A stretch of DNA of 64,000 nt, from NCBI RefSeq assembly GCF_964213995.1, contig NW_027591085.1:1-64000 (forward strand), written 5' to 3'. Positions 62,300-64,000 of the stretch are shown one piece after another; the first letter of the stretch is position 1; every line of letters starts with the position of its first letter. A program made the position numbers and the translations under genes. The notes beneath the pieces were generated by a model. It was not told the DNA's origin and made no database searches. It was given only the letters and a program-made list of their open reading frames with translations. The stretch comes from Mustelus asterias (Eukaryota).

Positions 62300-64000
62300 A
62301 GAGTCATAGAGGAAACAGGCTCTTTGGCCGAACTTGTCCATGCCACCTTTTTTTTTAAACCCCTAAGCTAATCCCAATTGCCCGCATTTGGCCCATATCC
62401 CTCTATACCCATCTTACCCATGTCACTGTCGAAATGCTTTTTAAAAGACAAAATTGTACCTGCCTCTACTACTACCTCTGGCAGCTTGTTCCAGACACTC
62501 ACCACCCTGTGTGAAAAAGTTGCCCCTCTGGACCCTTTTTTATCTCTCCTTCCTCCCCTTAAACCTATGCCCTCTAGTTTTAGACTCCCCTACCTTTGGG
62601 AAAATATATTTACGAGCTAGCTGATCTATGTCCCTCATTATTTTATAGACCTTTATAAGATCACCCCTCAGCCTCCTACGCTCCAGGGAAAAACGTTTCA
62701 GTCTATCCAGCCTCTCCTTATAATTCAAACCACCAAGTCTGGGTAGCATCCTAGTAAGTATTTTCTACACTCTTTCAAGTTTAATAATATCCTTTCTATA
62801 ATAGGGTGACCATAACTGTACACAGCATTCCAAGTGTGGCTTTACCAATATCTTGTGCAACTTCAACAAGACATCCCAACTCCCGTATTCATTGTCCTGA
62901 CCAATGAAACCAAGCATGCCGAATGCCTTCTTCACCACTCTGTCCACCTGTGACTCCACTTTCAAGGAGCTATAAACCTGTACCCCGAGATCTCTTTGTT
63001 CTGTAACTCTCCCCAACGCCCTACCATTAACTCAGTAAGTCCTGCCCTGGTTCAATCTACCAAAATGCATCACCTTGCCTTTATCTATATTAAACTCCAT
63101 CTGCCATTCGTCAGCCCACTGGCCCAATAAATCAAGATCCCATTGCAATCTGAGATAACCTTCTTCACTGTCCACTATAAGAACATAAGAACGTAAGAAA
63201 TAGGAGCAGGAGTAGGCCATCTAGCCCCTCGAGCCTGCCCCGCCATTCAATAAGATCATGGCTGATCTGACGTGGATCAGTACCACTTACCCGCCTGATC
63301 CCCATAACCCTTAATTCCCTTACCGATCAGGAATCCATCCATCCGCGCTTTAAACATATTCAGCGAGGTAGCCTCCACCACCTCAGTGGGCAGAGAATTC
63401 CAGAGATTCACCACCCTCTGGGAGAAGAAGTTCCTCCTCAACTCTGTCCTAAACCGACCCCCCTTTATTTTGAGGCTGTGTCCTCTAGTTTTAACTTCCT
63501 TACTAAGTGGAAAGAATCTCTCCGCCTCCACCCTATCCAGCCCCCGCATTATCTTATAAGTCTCCATAAGATCCCCCCTCATCCTTCTAAACTCCAACGA
63601 GTACAAACCCAATCTCCTCAGCCTCTCCTCATAATCCAAACCCCTCATCTCCGGCATCAACCTGGTGAACCTTCTCTGCACTCCCTCCAATGCCAATATA
63701 TCCTTCCTCATATAAGGGGACCAATACTGCACACAGTATTCCAGCTGCGGCCTCACCAATGCCCTGTACAGGTGCATCAAGACATCCCTGCTTTTATATT
63801 CTATCCCCCTCGCAATATAGGCCAACATCCCATTTGCCTTCTTGATCACCTGTTGTACCTGCAGACTGGGCTTTTGCGTCTCATGCACAAGGACCCCCAG
63901 GTCCCTTTGCACGGTAGCATGTTTTAGTTTGTTTCCATTGAGATAGTAATCCCATTTGTTATTATTTCCTCCAAAGTGTATAACCTCGCATTTCTCAACG
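62300..64000 (-). mobile_element. Two adjacent CR1 LINE 3' fragments (62300-63178 and 63178-64000)
   Basis: ORFs 63277..63912, 62765..63016 and 62540..62749 with CR1 RT motifs. Confidence 0.9.

Overview
Eukaryotic genomic DNA from a cartilaginous fish (shark-type SINEs, CR1 LINEs, satellite and Ig sequence; species not determinable). The core is one complete, apparently intact, unrearranged IgM heavy-chain minilocus on the + strand. Its order is TATA promoter, leader (29315-29360), VH (29493-29797), D1, D2, JH (RSS spacers 23 / 12-22 / 12-12 / 23), an ~11 kb J-C intron, Cmu1-Cmu4 with secretory tail (42099-45802), and TM1/TM2 (49023-49299). The region upstream is an old tandem duplication (~4080-20070 vs ~20078-29797). 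The first copy ends in a VH pseudogene lacking promoter, leader and RSS, which is interrupted by a hairpin Penelope-like insertion. Downstream lie decayed tRNA genes (Glu, Val, Leu) and two C2H2 zinc-finger genes on the - strand (one intact, one frameshifted). The rest is CR1 LINEs, tRNA-derived SINEs, satellites and Penelope-like (PLE) fragments carrying minimal hammerhead-ribozyme motifs. The most intriguing signals are a G-rich ~20-21 bp tandem repeat ~1 kb 5' of Cmu1 (positioned like a switch region), a hammerhead family with a compensatory U3-A8 core, a five-copy motif just 3' of JH (candidate enhancer), and the upstream psiVH duplication. Repeat boundaries are approximate and were read by eye.
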